Position numbers and translations under genes: made by a program
Notes under the pieces: model-generated
Told to the model about the DNA's origin: nothing
The model's database searches: none
The model's input: the letters and a program-made list of their open reading frames with translations, nothing else
In this document: piece by piece, positions 50,568 to 59,366 of the stretch
Numbering within the stretch: the first letter of the stretch is position 1
How the letters are laid out: each line of letters starts with the position of its first letter
Assembly (NCBI GenBank): GCA_963796415.1
Contig: CAWCLR010000005.1
Coordinates: 39,661-103,660, forward strand
Length of the DNA: 64,000 nucleotides
DNA from: an uncultured Acidimicrobiales bacterium
Lineage (GTDB): Bacteria > Actinomycetota > Acidimicrobiia > Acidimicrobiales > VFJN01
Reading direction: 5' to 3'

Positions 50568-51116
50568 TCAGCCGGCGCCGCGGCGCCGGGACCGCAGGGC
50601 GGCGACGTTCTCGCGGGTGGCGCAGCGGTCGGAGCAGTAGCGCCGCGACGTGTTGCGCGAGGTGTCGATGAACACGCCCGAGCAGCCATCCGCGGCGCAT
50701 CTCCCGAACCGCCCGGGGCCGAGGTCGAGGAACGCCATCGTCAGCCCCATCGCCGCACCCGCGGCGTAGTCGTCGGCGAGCGGGCCGTCGCCGGGGGCGA
50801 CGTGGAGGTGCCAGTCGGAGGCGTCGTGGCCCGAGATGCTGGGGCTGAGGCGGTGGCGGGCCAGCAGGGCGTTGAGCCGCTCGACCATCTCGGGCTGGCG
50901 GCCGGCGGCCGCGGCGTCGAACACGGCCCGCAGGTCCGTGCGGAGCCGGCGGAGGGGGGCGAGGTCGCTCGGGCGGACACGATCGGCCATCCAGGGTCGC
51001 GGCGCCAGGAACGCCCGCAAGGCGTCGACCGAGGCCAGCGGGTCGTCGGCGTGGTGCGCGTCGGGGGTCGTCCCCACGAGCATCACGGCGTCCGATGCGT
51101 AACCATCAAAGTCCAC
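50568..51116 (-). CDS. CGNR zinc-finger (ABATE domain) putative regulator
   Basis: RCAADGCSGVFIDTSRNTSRRYCSDRCATRENVAALR. Confidence 0.9.
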   Translation of the reverse strand: MDFDGYASDAVMLVGTTPDAHHADDPLASVDALRAFLAPRPWMADRVRPSDLAPLRRLRTDLRAVFDAAAAGRQPEMVERLNALLARHRLSPSISGHDASDWHLHVAPGDGPLADDYAAGAAMGLTMAFLDLGPGRFGRCAADGCSGVFIDTSRNTSRRYCSDRCATRENVAALRSRRRGAG

Positions 51117-51168
51117 TTGCGATCCTTACGAATCCGTGCGATGGTGTGAGGGTCATAAGTTGCTGATG

Positions 51169-51204
51169 AACCTTACCTAGAACCTTACCGAGAACCTGAC
51201 CGTC
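51169..51204. repeat. Three 12-bp direct repeats in the divergent promoter
   Basis: AACCTTACCTAG / AACCTTACCGAG / AACCTGACCGTC. Confidence 0.75.
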
Positions 51205-51249
51205 ACAGCCGGAGCGTATGGGTGTGGCGGGGGCACGAGGAGGCCCGCC

Positions 51250-52065
51250 ATGAGCCCCGCCATGAACATCGACGTCACCGCGACAACCGGCTCGCGCATG
51301 ACCGACGAGGACGCGCGGACCTGGGCCGAGGCCTGGCAGGCGTCGTGGGACGCCCAGCAAGGAGGGTTCATGCTCGATCGCGAGCAGCGCCTCGCCGCCC
51401 TGCTCGACCTCGTCGAGGTGACGGCTGGCCCGGCCCCGACGGTCGTCGACCTGGCCTGCGGCACGGCGTCGATCACCCGCCGCCTGCTGGCCCGCCTGCC
51501 CGGGGCGCGGGCGGTCGCGGTGGACGTCGATCCGGTCCTGCTCGCCATCGCCCGTGGGTCGCTCGGCGGCGACGAGCGCGTGCGCATCGTGCGGGCCGAC
51601 CTGCGGGACCCGGCCTGGGTCGAGCGGCTGGGCGGCATCGAGGCCGACGCCGTGGTCACCTCCACGGCCCTGCACTGGCTGCCCGAGGACGACCTGGCGC
51701 GGGTCTACCGCGACCTGTTCCGTCTCGTGCGGCCCGGCGGCCTCGTCGCCAACGCCGACACCATGCCGGCCGACGACCTGCCGCGCCTCAGCAGCGCCCT
51801 GACGGCGCTCGCCGAGCGGCGCGAGGCCGCCGCGCTGGCCCGCGGCGTCGAGTCCTGGCACGCCTGGTGGGAGCGTGCTGCCGCGGATCCGGTGCTGGCC
51901 GGGCCGATGGCCGAGCGGGCGACGCTGTTCGGCGGCGCAGATCACCCGCCGTCGTTCAGCCCCCCGGCGGGCTGGCACCTCGCGGCGCTGGAGGCGGCCG
52001 GCTTCGCCGAGGCCGGCGTGGCCTGGCGGTCGGGCACCGACGCCATCGTGGCCGCGGTCCGCTGA
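51250..52065 (+). CDS. Class I SAM-dependent methyltransferase
   Basis: WDAQQ...REQR, VVDLACGTAS, DVDPVLL, TALHWL, LVRPGG...NAD. Confidence 0.9.
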   Translation: MSPAMNIDVTATTGSRMTDEDARTWAEAWQASWDAQQGGFMLDREQRLAALLDLVEVTAGPAPTVVDLACGTASITRRLLARLPGARAVAVDVDPVLLAIARGSLGGDERVRIVRADLRDPAWVERLGGIEADAVVTSTALHWLPEDDLARVYRDLFRLVRPGGLVANADTMPADDLPRLSSALTALAERREAAALARGVESWHAWWERAAADPVLAGPMAERATLFGGADHPPSFSPPAGWHLAALEAAGFAEAGVAWRSGTDAIVAAVR

Positions 52066-52087
52066 CCCGCGGCACTCCCTCGCTGCC

Positions 52088-52198
52088 GACCTCGCCGGGA
52101 CTGGTCCCCCCGGCGGGGTCCGGCGGTCGACGGCCCGACCGAACTGGGGATGGTCGCCAGGCAATACAACTGACAACCCTCCCCAGTTCGACGAGGTC
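52088..52198. terminator. Hairpin cluster between convergent genes (bidirectional terminator or REP-like)
   Basis: Perfect 11-bp stem CGAACTGGGGA (52140-52150) / TCCCCAGTTCG (52180-52190) plus a second GC-rich hairpin from 52088. Confidence 0.45.
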
Positions 52199-52204
52199 TC
52201 GGGG

Positions 52205-52423
52205 TCAACCCGACGGAGGCGCGACCGCCTCGGCGAGCCGGCCGGCGGCGGGGGGAGACGCGCCGGCCAGGCCCACCAGGTAGCAGGCGATCGGGGCGGC
52301 CGTGCGCTCGGAGGCGTGGGCCGCAGTGCCCGCCAGGTCGAGCAACGTCTCCACCGTCTCGGCGTCGGGTGGCTCGACGCCCAGCGACGCCGCGAAGGCG
52401 GCGACCCACTCGTCGCCGGTCAT
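52205..52423 (-). CDS. DUF6457-like small protein
   Basis: W..A.A..LGV...LLDLA..AAH..ER.AAP...YLVG pattern; ATGA overlap with the oxidoreductase. Confidence 0.75.
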   Translation of the reverse strand: MTGDEWVAAFAASLGVEPPDAETVETLLDLAGTAAHASERTAAPIACYLVGLAGASPPAAGRLAEAVAPPSG

Positions 52424-54825
52424 GCCGCGGCTCCCTCGGACGCCGACGCATCGGCGGGAGGCAGCGGTTCGAGCCGGGCCCGCACATGCTTGTGGTGCGG
52501 GGTGCCGACCCACGGGTCGCGGTCGCCCGACGACGTCAGCTCGTTGGGCGCCACCCCGGCCACGACCGTGCGTCCGTCGCCGTCGGTGTGGTCGACGCCC
52601 AGGCCGTTGGGCAGCGACACGTGCCCGTCGAGCTGGCTGTCGTGCACGACCACCGCCACCTCGGCCGACCCGCGGGGCGTGGTGAGCCGGGCCCGCCCGC
52701 CGTCGACCAGCCCGAGGCGGGCGGCATCGGCCGGGCTGACCCGCAGGCCGCTGACGTCGCGCTTGCGCCACTCGGGGTCGCGGAAGATCGTGTTGGCGCT
52801 GAAGGCCCGCCGCTCGCCCGCGGACAGCACCAGCGGCCACTCGGGGTCGGCCCCGGGAGGCGCCTCGCCGGCCAGGCCCGCCAGCTCGTCCAGCAGGTCG
52901 GGCAACGCCAGGTGGATGCGGCCGTCGTCGGTCGCCACCCGCCGCCACGCCTCGTCGTGGTCGTCCTCGGTGATGACCACGCCCGACGGCGACGAGACGA
53001 TGGCGTCGAACAGCGCCTCGCCGGCGGCCAGCCCCTCGCCGAACCCGGCCCGGCGGACGCCGTCGGGGTTGGCCTGGGCGCAGCGGTGGGCCGCGGCCCA
53101 CAGGGCGGCGGCCGAGGCGGCGCCGTCGGGCAGCGTGGGGCCGAGCGTCCGGTACAGCAGCACCGGGGCCACGGGGCCGAGCTCGGGGTGGGCGCCGAGC
53201 AGGCCGAAGAAGGCGTCGGCGAACGTGGCCCGGCCGGCGTCGGCCGCCGCCCGCACGGCTGCCAGCGCCTCGGGCACCCCCTCGCCGTCGAGCGCGCCCG
53301 AGGCCTCGACGATGCGGGCGTGGATCTCGGGCTCGGGCAGCGGGCCGTCGGGCGCGTCGAGCACGGGACGCCGCAGGTGGAAGGCGTTGCGGGGGAACTC
53401 GAAGTTGAAGAACGTCGCTTCCCACTTCTCGAACTGGGTGGGGGCGGGCAGGACGTAGTCGGCCAGGCGGGCCGTCTCGGTCATGGCCACATCGATGACG
53501 ACGAGCGTGTCGAGGGCGGCCAGCGCCGCGCGCATGCGGGGCGAGTCGGCCAGCGAGTGGGCCGGGTTGCCGCTCTCGACCACCATCGCCCGGTAGCGGG
53601 CGGGGTGGTCGGTCAGGATCTCGTCGGGGATCACGTTGCACGGCACCAGCCCCGACACGATGCGGGCGCCCACCACGGGGCTGCGCGGTCCGTCGTCGCC
53701 CGCGGTCGCCTCGGCCCGCCGCACCCTGCCGAGCGGCGCCATCGCCGACGCCGCGTACTGGGCGCCCGGCTTGGCGAAGTTTCCGGTCAGCGTCCACATC
53801 AGCTTCTCGAGGTAGCTGACGAGCGTGGAGTGCAGGCTCATCTGCACGCCGAGGTCCTCGAACACGGCCACGCTGGCGGCCCGCCCGATCAGCCGGGCGG
53901 CCGAGCGCACGTCGTCCTCGGCGACCCCGGCGACCGCGCAGTGGCCGGCGATGTCGATGTCGGCCAGCGTGTTGACGACCTCGTCGGCGCCCGTGGTGTG
54001 CTCGGCGACCCAGGCCCGGTCGACCAGGCCCTCGTCGACGATGGCGGCGGCGAGCGCCGCGATCAGCCAGGCGTCGGTGCCGGGCCGCACCTGCAGGTGG
54101 ATGTCGGCCAGCTCGGCGGTCTCGGTGCGGCGGGGGTCGACGACGATCATCGACCGGGCGGGGTCGCGGGCGATCTCCTTCAGCGTCGTCCGGGCCCGGG
54201 GGAAGCTGTGGCTCTGCCACGGGTTCTTGCCGATGAAGACCACGACCTCGCCGTGCTCGATCTCGCCTCGGACGTTGGTGCCGAACATCTGGGCATTGAC
54301 CCAGAACTCGCCGGTCTTCTCCTGGGCCAGGGCGTTCGAGCGGTGCCGGCCGGCGCCGAAGGCGGCCAGCGACGCGCTGGCGTAGGCCCCGCCGAGGTGG
54401 TTCCCCTGGCCGCCGCCGCCGAAGTAGAAGATGGCGTCGCCGCCGTGGGCGTCGCGCACGGCGCCGAGGCGGGCCGCCACCTCGCCGACGGCGGCGTCCC
54501 AGTCGACCTCCTCGAACGAGCCGTCGGCCCGGCGCCGCAGCGGGCGGGTCAGCCGCTGGCCCGGACCAGGCACGCCGGGCGCCGCCACCGTGCGGCCGCC
54601 GGGGTTCTGGTAGTGGTCGAGCCGCAGGGCCTTCTCGCACGTGTAGCCCTGCGACATCGGGTGCGCCTTGTCGCCGCGGATGCGCTCGAACCGGCGGCCG
54701 TCGCCGCCGCCGAGCCGCACCTCGATGCCGCAGTTGCACTCGCAGAGGATGCAGGCGGTCGGGTGCCACGCGGCCTCGGTGGTGGTGGACGCCGCCACGG
54801 GTGCGGTCGCCTCGCTGGTCGTCAT
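52420..54825 (-). CDS. Molybdopterin-dependent oxidoreductase (DMSO reductase superfamily)
   Basis: N-terminal CILCECNCG, GDKAHPMSQGYTCEK, GKNPWQSH, VDPRRT, GNPAHS, DYVLP; C-terminal molydop-binding domain. Confidence 0.92.
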   Translation of the reverse strand: MTTSEATAPVAASTTTEAAWHPTACILCECNCGIEVRLGGGDGRRFERIRGDKAHPMSQGYTCEKALRLDHYQNPGGRTVAAPGVPGPGQRLTRPLRRRADGSFEEVDWDAAVGEVAARLGAVRDAHGGDAIFYFGGGGQGNHLGGAYASASLAAFGAGRHRSNALAQEKTGEFWVNAQMFGTNVRGEIEHGEVVVFIGKNPWQSHSFPRARTTLKEIARDPARSMIVVDPRRTETAELADIHLQVRPGTDAWLIAALAAAIVDEGLVDRAWVAEHTTGADEVVNTLADIDIAGHCAVAGVAEDDVRSAARLIGRAASVAVFEDLGVQMSLHSTLVSYLEKLMWTLTGNFAKPGAQYAASAMAPLGRVRRAEATAGDDGPRSPVVGARIVSGLVPCNVIPDEILTDHPARYRAMVVESGNPAHSLADSPRMRAALAALDTLVVIDVAMTETARLADYVLPAPTQFEKWEATFFNFEFPRNAFHLRRPVLDAPDGPLPEPEIHARIVEASGALDGEGVPEALAAVRAAADAGRATFADAFFGLLGAHPELGPVAPVLLYRTLGPTLPDGAASAAALWAAAHRCAQANPDGVRRAGFGEGLAAGEALFDAIVSSPSGVVITEDDHDEAWRRVATDDGRIHLALPDLLDELAGLAGEAPPGADPEWPLVLSAGERRAFSANTIFRDPEWRKRDVSGLRVSPADAARLGLVDGGRARLTTPRGSAEVAVVVHDSQLDGHVSLPNGLGVDHTDGDGRTVVAGVAPNELTSSGDRDPWVGTPHHKHVRARLEPLPPADASASEGAAA

Positions 54826-54920
54826 CTGCGTGATCCCCCGGACTCGACGGTTGTCGGACACGCCGACGCTAACCCGAGTCAGTTCACTAGTGCAACGCAC
54901 TACCGGCTAGGGTGCGGACG

Positions 54921-55832
54921 ATGCGCTACGGACTCACGATCGACACCGGGCAGCCGCTGCCCCAGGTGATCGAGCAGGTGCAACGGATGGCCGACGCCGG
55001 CTTCGCCACCGCCGCCTCGTCGCAGATCTTCGGCTACGACGCCCTGACCATGCTGGCCCTCGTCGGCCAGAGCGTCCCCGGGATCGGGCTGGCCACCAGC
55101 GTGGTGCCCACGTACCCCCGCCACCCCGTCATGCTGGCGGCGCAGGCGCTGACCGTGCAGGCAGCCACGGGCGGGCGCCTGACGCTCGGCATCGGCCTGT
55201 CCCACCAGATCGTCGTCGAGAACGTCTTCGGCCAGTCGTTCGACCACCCGCTCCGCCACATGCGCGAGTACCTGGCGATCCTGATGCCGGTGCTGCGAGG
55301 CGAGGCCGCGTCGTTCCAGGGCGAGGTGTTGTCGGGCACGACGTGGGGCCCGCTCGAGATCGACGCGCCGGCCCCGCCGGTCGTCGTCGCCGCCCTCGGG
55401 CCCCGCATGCTCGAGCTGGCGGGCACCGTGGCCGACGGCACCGCCACGTGGATGACCGGCCCCGCGACCGTCCGCGACCACATCGTCCCCACGATCACCG
55501 GCGCCGCCGAGGCCGCCGGGCGTCCCGCGCCGCGGGTCGTCGTCGCCCTGCCCGTGTGCGTCACCGACGACGTCGACGCCGCCCGGGCCACGGCGGCCCA
55601 GGACTTCGCCGTGTACGGGACTCTGCCGTCGTACCGCGCCATGCTCGACCGCGAGCAGGCGGCCGGCCCGGGCGACGTGGCCCTCGTGGGGGACGAGGCG
55701 GCCGTCACCGAGCAGATCGCCGAGCTGGACGTCGCCGGCGCCACCGAGTTCGTGGCGTCGATCTACGGCGATCCCGGCGAGCGCGACCGCACGTTCTCGC
55801 TGCTCGCGGCGCTGACGAAGGAGGCCCGGTGA
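54921..55832 (+). CDS. F420-dependent LLM-class oxidoreductase (TIGR03564-like)
   Basis: DALT, TSVVPTYPRHP, LGIGLSH, AALGPRML, YGTLPSYRAMLDRE. Confidence 0.88.
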   Translation: MRYGLTIDTGQPLPQVIEQVQRMADAGFATAASSQIFGYDALTMLALVGQSVPGIGLATSVVPTYPRHPVMLAAQALTVQAATGGRLTLGIGLSHQIVVENVFGQSFDHPLRHMREYLAILMPVLRGEAASFQGEVLSGTTWGPLEIDAPAPPVVVAALGPRMLELAGTVADGTATWMTGPATVRDHIVPTITGAAEAAGRPAPRVVVALPVCVTDDVDAARATAAQDFAVYGTLPSYRAMLDREQAAGPGDVALVGDEAAVTEQIAELDVAGATEFVASIYGDPGERDRTFSLLAALTKEAR

Positions 55833-56836
55833 CCGCGGACGTCGACGTCGACTTCGCTCGCGCCTCCGCGGTCACGCCCGCGGCGCCCGACGACGGCGAT
55901 GGGGAGGGCGAGGGCGTCTACGACATCGCCGTCGATCCCGGCTGGGTCATCGGCGACAAGCCCAACGGCGGCTACCTGCTCGCCACCATGGCCCGGGCGG
56001 CCGTCGCCGCCATCGCGACCATCGAGGGCCCGGCGCATCCGCACCCGATCTCGGCCTCCGCCACCTACCTCGCGTCACCGACGCCGGGCCCGGCGCAGGT
56101 CCAGGTCGAGGTCCTGCGGCGCGGCCGGCGGATGAGCCAGGCCCGGGCGCGGCTCGTGCGCGACGGCGCCTCGTTCGTCGAGGCGACGTACACGCTCGGC
56201 CGCCTCGACGCGGCGACCGAGCCGTGGTGGAGCGACGTGCCGGCCCCCGACATCCCCCCGCCCGAGGACTGCGTGGCGGTGCAGGGCACCGGGCCGACCG
56301 GCATCCGCCTGCCGATCATGGACCGGGTCGACATCCGCCTCGACCCTGCCGTCACCGGGTTCCGCGACGGCCGCCCCGGCGGAGGCGGCGAGCTGCGTGG
56401 TTGGCTCCGCTTCCACGACGGCCACGTGCCCGACCCCGTCTCCCTGCTCTACGTGCTCGACGCCTTCCCGCCGGCGACGTTCGAGCTGGCCGCCACCGGG
56501 TGGGTGCCGACCCTGGCCCTCACCGCCTACGTCCGGGCGCTGCCCGCCCCGGGTCCGCTGCTGGTGCGCCAGCGGGCCGCGCTCGTCGAGGCCGACATGT
56601 TCGACGAGGTGTGCCACGTGTGGGACGCCCGCGGCCGGCTGGTGGCCCAGGCCACGCAGCTCGCGGGCATCCGGGTCGGCGACGCGGTGCCGGCGAGTCG
56701 GCGGCCGCCCGCCGGGGCGGCGGGCGAGGCCGGGAGACGTGCGGCCGAGCAGGTGGATCGATCGGCGCGGCCTACACGTGGGGATTTGGAGACCGACCCT
56801 CAGCCTCCCAGCCGGCTGCCTGGGAATCCGCCGTGA
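55829..56836 (+). CDS. Acyl-CoA thioesterase family (double hot-dog) protein
   Basis: WVIGDKPNGGYLLA, LDAFPP, WVPTL, VWDARGRLVAQATQ; GTGA overlaps at both ends. Confidence 0.85.
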   Translation: MTADVDVDFARASAVTPAAPDDGDGEGEGVYDIAVDPGWVIGDKPNGGYLLATMARAAVAAIATIEGPAHPHPISASATYLASPTPGPAQVQVEVLRRGRRMSQARARLVRDGASFVEATYTLGRLDAATEPWWSDVPAPDIPPPEDCVAVQGTGPTGIRLPIMDRVDIRLDPAVTGFRDGRPGGGGELRGWLRFHDGHVPDPVSLLYVLDAFPPATFELAATGWVPTLALTAYVRALPAPGPLLVRQRAALVEADMFDEVCHVWDARGRLVAQATQLAGIRVGDAVPASRRPPAGAAGEAGRRAAEQVDRSARPTRGDLETDPQPPSRLPGNPP

Positions 56837-57306
56837 AGCGCACCACGTTCGCCGACTGGCCCTGCTCGGTGGCCCGCACCGTCGACCTGGTCGGCGACTG
56901 GTGGACGCCCCTCGTGCTGCGGGAGGCGTTCTGGGGGGTGCGCCGGTTCGACGACTTCCAGCGCAACCTGGGCATCGGGCGCAACATCCTCACGCAGCGG
57001 CTCGGGCGCCTCGTCGACGAGGGGATGCTCGAGCGCCGGCCCTACCAGGACCACCCGCCCCGGCACGAGTACGTGCTGACCGAGAAGGGCCGCGACTTCT
57101 TCCCGGTGATCGCAGCCCTGATGCGGTGGGGCGACCGCTGGCTGGCCGGCGACGAGGGCCCGCCGGTCGTGCTGCGCCACACGGCGTGCGACCACGACAC
57201 CGAGGCCGAGGTGGTGTGCTCGCACTGCCGCGAGCCGCTGACGGTGCGCGAGGTCAGGGGCCGGTGGGGGCCGGGCGCACCAGGACTTCCGGCCCGACGC
57301 GGCTGA
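56833..57306 (+). CDS. HxlR-family winged-helix regulator
   Basis: CSVARTVDLVGDWWTPLVLRE, RFDDFQ, EYVLTEKG. Confidence 0.92.
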   Translation: MKRTTFADWPCSVARTVDLVGDWWTPLVLREAFWGVRRFDDFQRNLGIGRNILTQRLGRLVDEGMLERRPYQDHPPRHEYVLTEKGRDFFPVIAALMRWGDRWLAGDEGPPVVLRHTACDHDTEAEVVCSHCREPLTVREVRGRWGPGAPGLPARRG

Positions 57307-57462
57307 CGTCCACGCGCACGCGCGCGCCGTCGGGCATCCGCACCGCCACGGCCGCCAGGTGGCCGGCCCCGGCATCGACGTCGACGATCCGCCAGCCGCG
57401 ATGGTCGAGGGCCTCGTCGCCCGGGCCAGGGACGCGATCTGACGGGCTGTTAGGTTGCGCGC

Positions 57463-57936
57463 ATGGGGCTGCAGGGGTTCTCGCACGTCGGCGTGTGCTG
57501 TTCCGATCTCGACCGGTCGACGCGCTTCTACCGTGACGTCCTCGGGTTCCGCGAGCTGTTCACGGTGGAACTGGGCCCCGAGGTGGCGGCCACGATGGAG
57601 ATCGACGGCCGGTTCCGGTCCCGGATGCTGGCCCGCGACGACCTGCGGCTGGAGCTGCTCCACTGGATCGATCCAGTCGCCAGGGGCGACGGCGGGCGCC
57701 GGCCCATGGACCGGCTCGGCATGACCCACCTGTGCTTCCGCGTCGACGACGTCGACGAGCTCGGGGCCATGGCGGCCGCCGCCGAGGCCGCCGGTGGCGC
57801 GGTCCTCCCGGCCACGCGCAGCGCGCAGGACGGCATGGGCGTCGGCGGCGGGCCCGTCAAGACCATGTACCTCACCGACCCCGACGGCGTCCGCGTCGAG
57901 GTCATGTCCGGCACCCCCGACCTCGGGACGCTGTAG
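57463..57936 (+). CDS. VOC/glyoxalase family protein
   Basis: FSHVGVCCSDL..S.RFY...LGF, THLCF.V, YLTDPDGVRVE. Confidence 0.9.
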   Translation: MGLQGFSHVGVCCSDLDRSTRFYRDVLGFRELFTVELGPEVAATMEIDGRFRSRMLARDDLRLELLHWIDPVARGDGGRRPMDRLGMTHLCFRVDDVDELGAMAAAAEAAGGAVLPATRSAQDGMGVGGGPVKTMYLTDPDGVRVEVMSGTPDLGTL

Positions 57937-57964
57937 CCCACCGGGCCCGGGGTGTCGCCGACCG

Positions 57965-58558
57965 ATGCCGACCGATCCCTCCCGACCGTTCACGACGGTC
58001 GACCTCGACCACCTGGCCGAGGTGGCCGTCGCTGCGTGGCGGCAGGGGCTCGACCGCGACTGGTCAGCACGGGCCGGCACGCTCGAGTGGAGCTGCCGGC
58101 GCACCGCCGATCACACCGTCGACGCGGTCTTGGCGGTCGCCCTGTTCCTCGCCTCCCGCAAGCAGGACGGCTACCCGGACTGGGGTTGGGGTGAGCTCAC
58201 CATGGGCCCCGACGCCCGCCCCCAGGACCTGGTCGAGGCGCTCGGCACGGTCGCCCGCATCCTGTCGGCAGTCGTGTCCGCCGCCCCGCCCGACGCTCGG
58301 GCCGTGATCTGGCGCCGGCCCCGCGTCGAGGTGCGCGGTCCGGACGACTTCGCGCCCCGGGGCGCGCTCGAGCTGGTCCTCCACGCCCACGACGTGTCGA
58401 CCGGCCTCGGCGTGGTCCTCGCGCCGCCCGCCGACGCCTGCGCCCGCCTGCGCGACCACACCCGCGACTGGCCCCACTGGCGCAGCCCCGGCTGGTGCCC
58501 GCCCCCGACGACCGACGACCCCTGGCACGACCTGCTCGTCGGCTCGGGCCGCGCCTGA
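57965..58558 (+). CDS. DinB/MDMPI-superfamily (maleylpyruvate isomerase N-terminal-like) protein
   Basis: DWSARAGTLEWSCRRTADH, ELVLHAHDV...GL. Confidence 0.7.
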   Translation: MPTDPSRPFTTVDLDHLAEVAVAAWRQGLDRDWSARAGTLEWSCRRTADHTVDAVLAVALFLASRKQDGYPDWGWGELTMGPDARPQDLVEALGTVARILSAVVSAAPPDARAVIWRRPRVEVRGPDDFAPRGALELVLHAHDVSTGLGVVLAPPADACARLRDHTRDWPHWRSPGWCPPPTTDDPWHDLLVGSGRA

Positions 58559-58603
58559 CGGAACTCGCCGGACGCCGCAGGGCGCGGGTGGCACGCTGAG
58601 GCG

Positions 58604-59353
58604 ATCGCACCGCAGCCCCTCTACGAGTCGATCGGCGGCACCTACACGACGACCCGGCGGGAGGACCCACACGTGGCCGCGGCCATCCACGCCGCCCTCG
58701 GCGACGCCGCCACCATCGTGAACGTGGGGGCGGGCACGGGCAGCTACGAGCCGCGGGACCGCACGGTGGTCGCGGTCGAGCCGTCACCGACGATGCTGGC
58801 CCAGCGGCAGGGCCGCTCGGCCCTCGTGGTGCGCGGGGTCGCCGAGGCGCTGCCCTTCGCCGATGGCGCCTTCGAGGCGGCCCTCGCGGTGCTGACCGTG
58901 CACCACTGGCATGACCGTGCAGCCGGCTTGCGCGAGATGCGCCGCGTGAGCCGCCGGCAGGTCGTGTTCTTCTTCGAGCCGCTGGAGAGCCACGGTTTCT
59001 GGGCGCTCGAGTACTTCCCCGGCGCGGTCGATCTCCCATTCGAGCGTGATGCGCCCGGCGAGGACGACCTCCGAGCGGCGCTGTCGGTGCGCGACGTGCG
59101 GCCGGTGTTGGTCCCGGCCGACTGCCGCGACGGGTTCGGCGCCGCCTACTGGGCCCGGCCCGAGGCGTACCTGGACCCGGCGGTACAGGCCGGCATGTCG
59201 TGGCTGGCGCTGCTCCCCGCCGGCGCCCGCCGCCGCGGCACCGACCGCCTGCGCCGCGACCTCGCGTCCGGCGCCTGGGACCGCCGCCACGGCCACCTCC
59301 GCACCCAGGCCAGCTACGACGGCGGCTACCGCCTGGCCGTCGCCGAGGGCTGA
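58604..59353 (+). CDS. Class I SAM-dependent methyltransferase; apparent non-canonical ATC start
   Basis: LYESIGGTYTTTRREDP, VNVGAGTGSYEP, AEALPF, LTVHHW, AYWARPEAYLDP; first canonical in-frame start (GTG 58673) lies inside the conserved region. Confidence 0.8.
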   Translation: MAPQPLYESIGGTYTTTRREDPHVAAAIHAALGDAATIVNVGAGTGSYEPRDRTVVAVEPSPTMLAQRQGRSALVVRGVAEALPFADGAFEAALAVLTVHHWHDRAAGLREMRRVSRRQVVFFFEPLESHGFWALEYFPGAVDLPFERDAPGEDDLRAALSVRDVRPVLVPADCRDGFGAAYWARPEAYLDPAVQAGMSWLALLPAGARRRGTDRLRRDLASGAWDRRHGHLRTQASYDGGYRLAVAEG

Positions 59354-59366
59354 ACACAGCACTAGG

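Noticed and set aside
57250-57430. Minus-strand coding-like stretch (DEALDHRGWRIVDVDAG...VLVRPAPTGP*)
   Set aside because: No start codon, overlaps the hxlR 3' end, and no recognisable family; at most a relic
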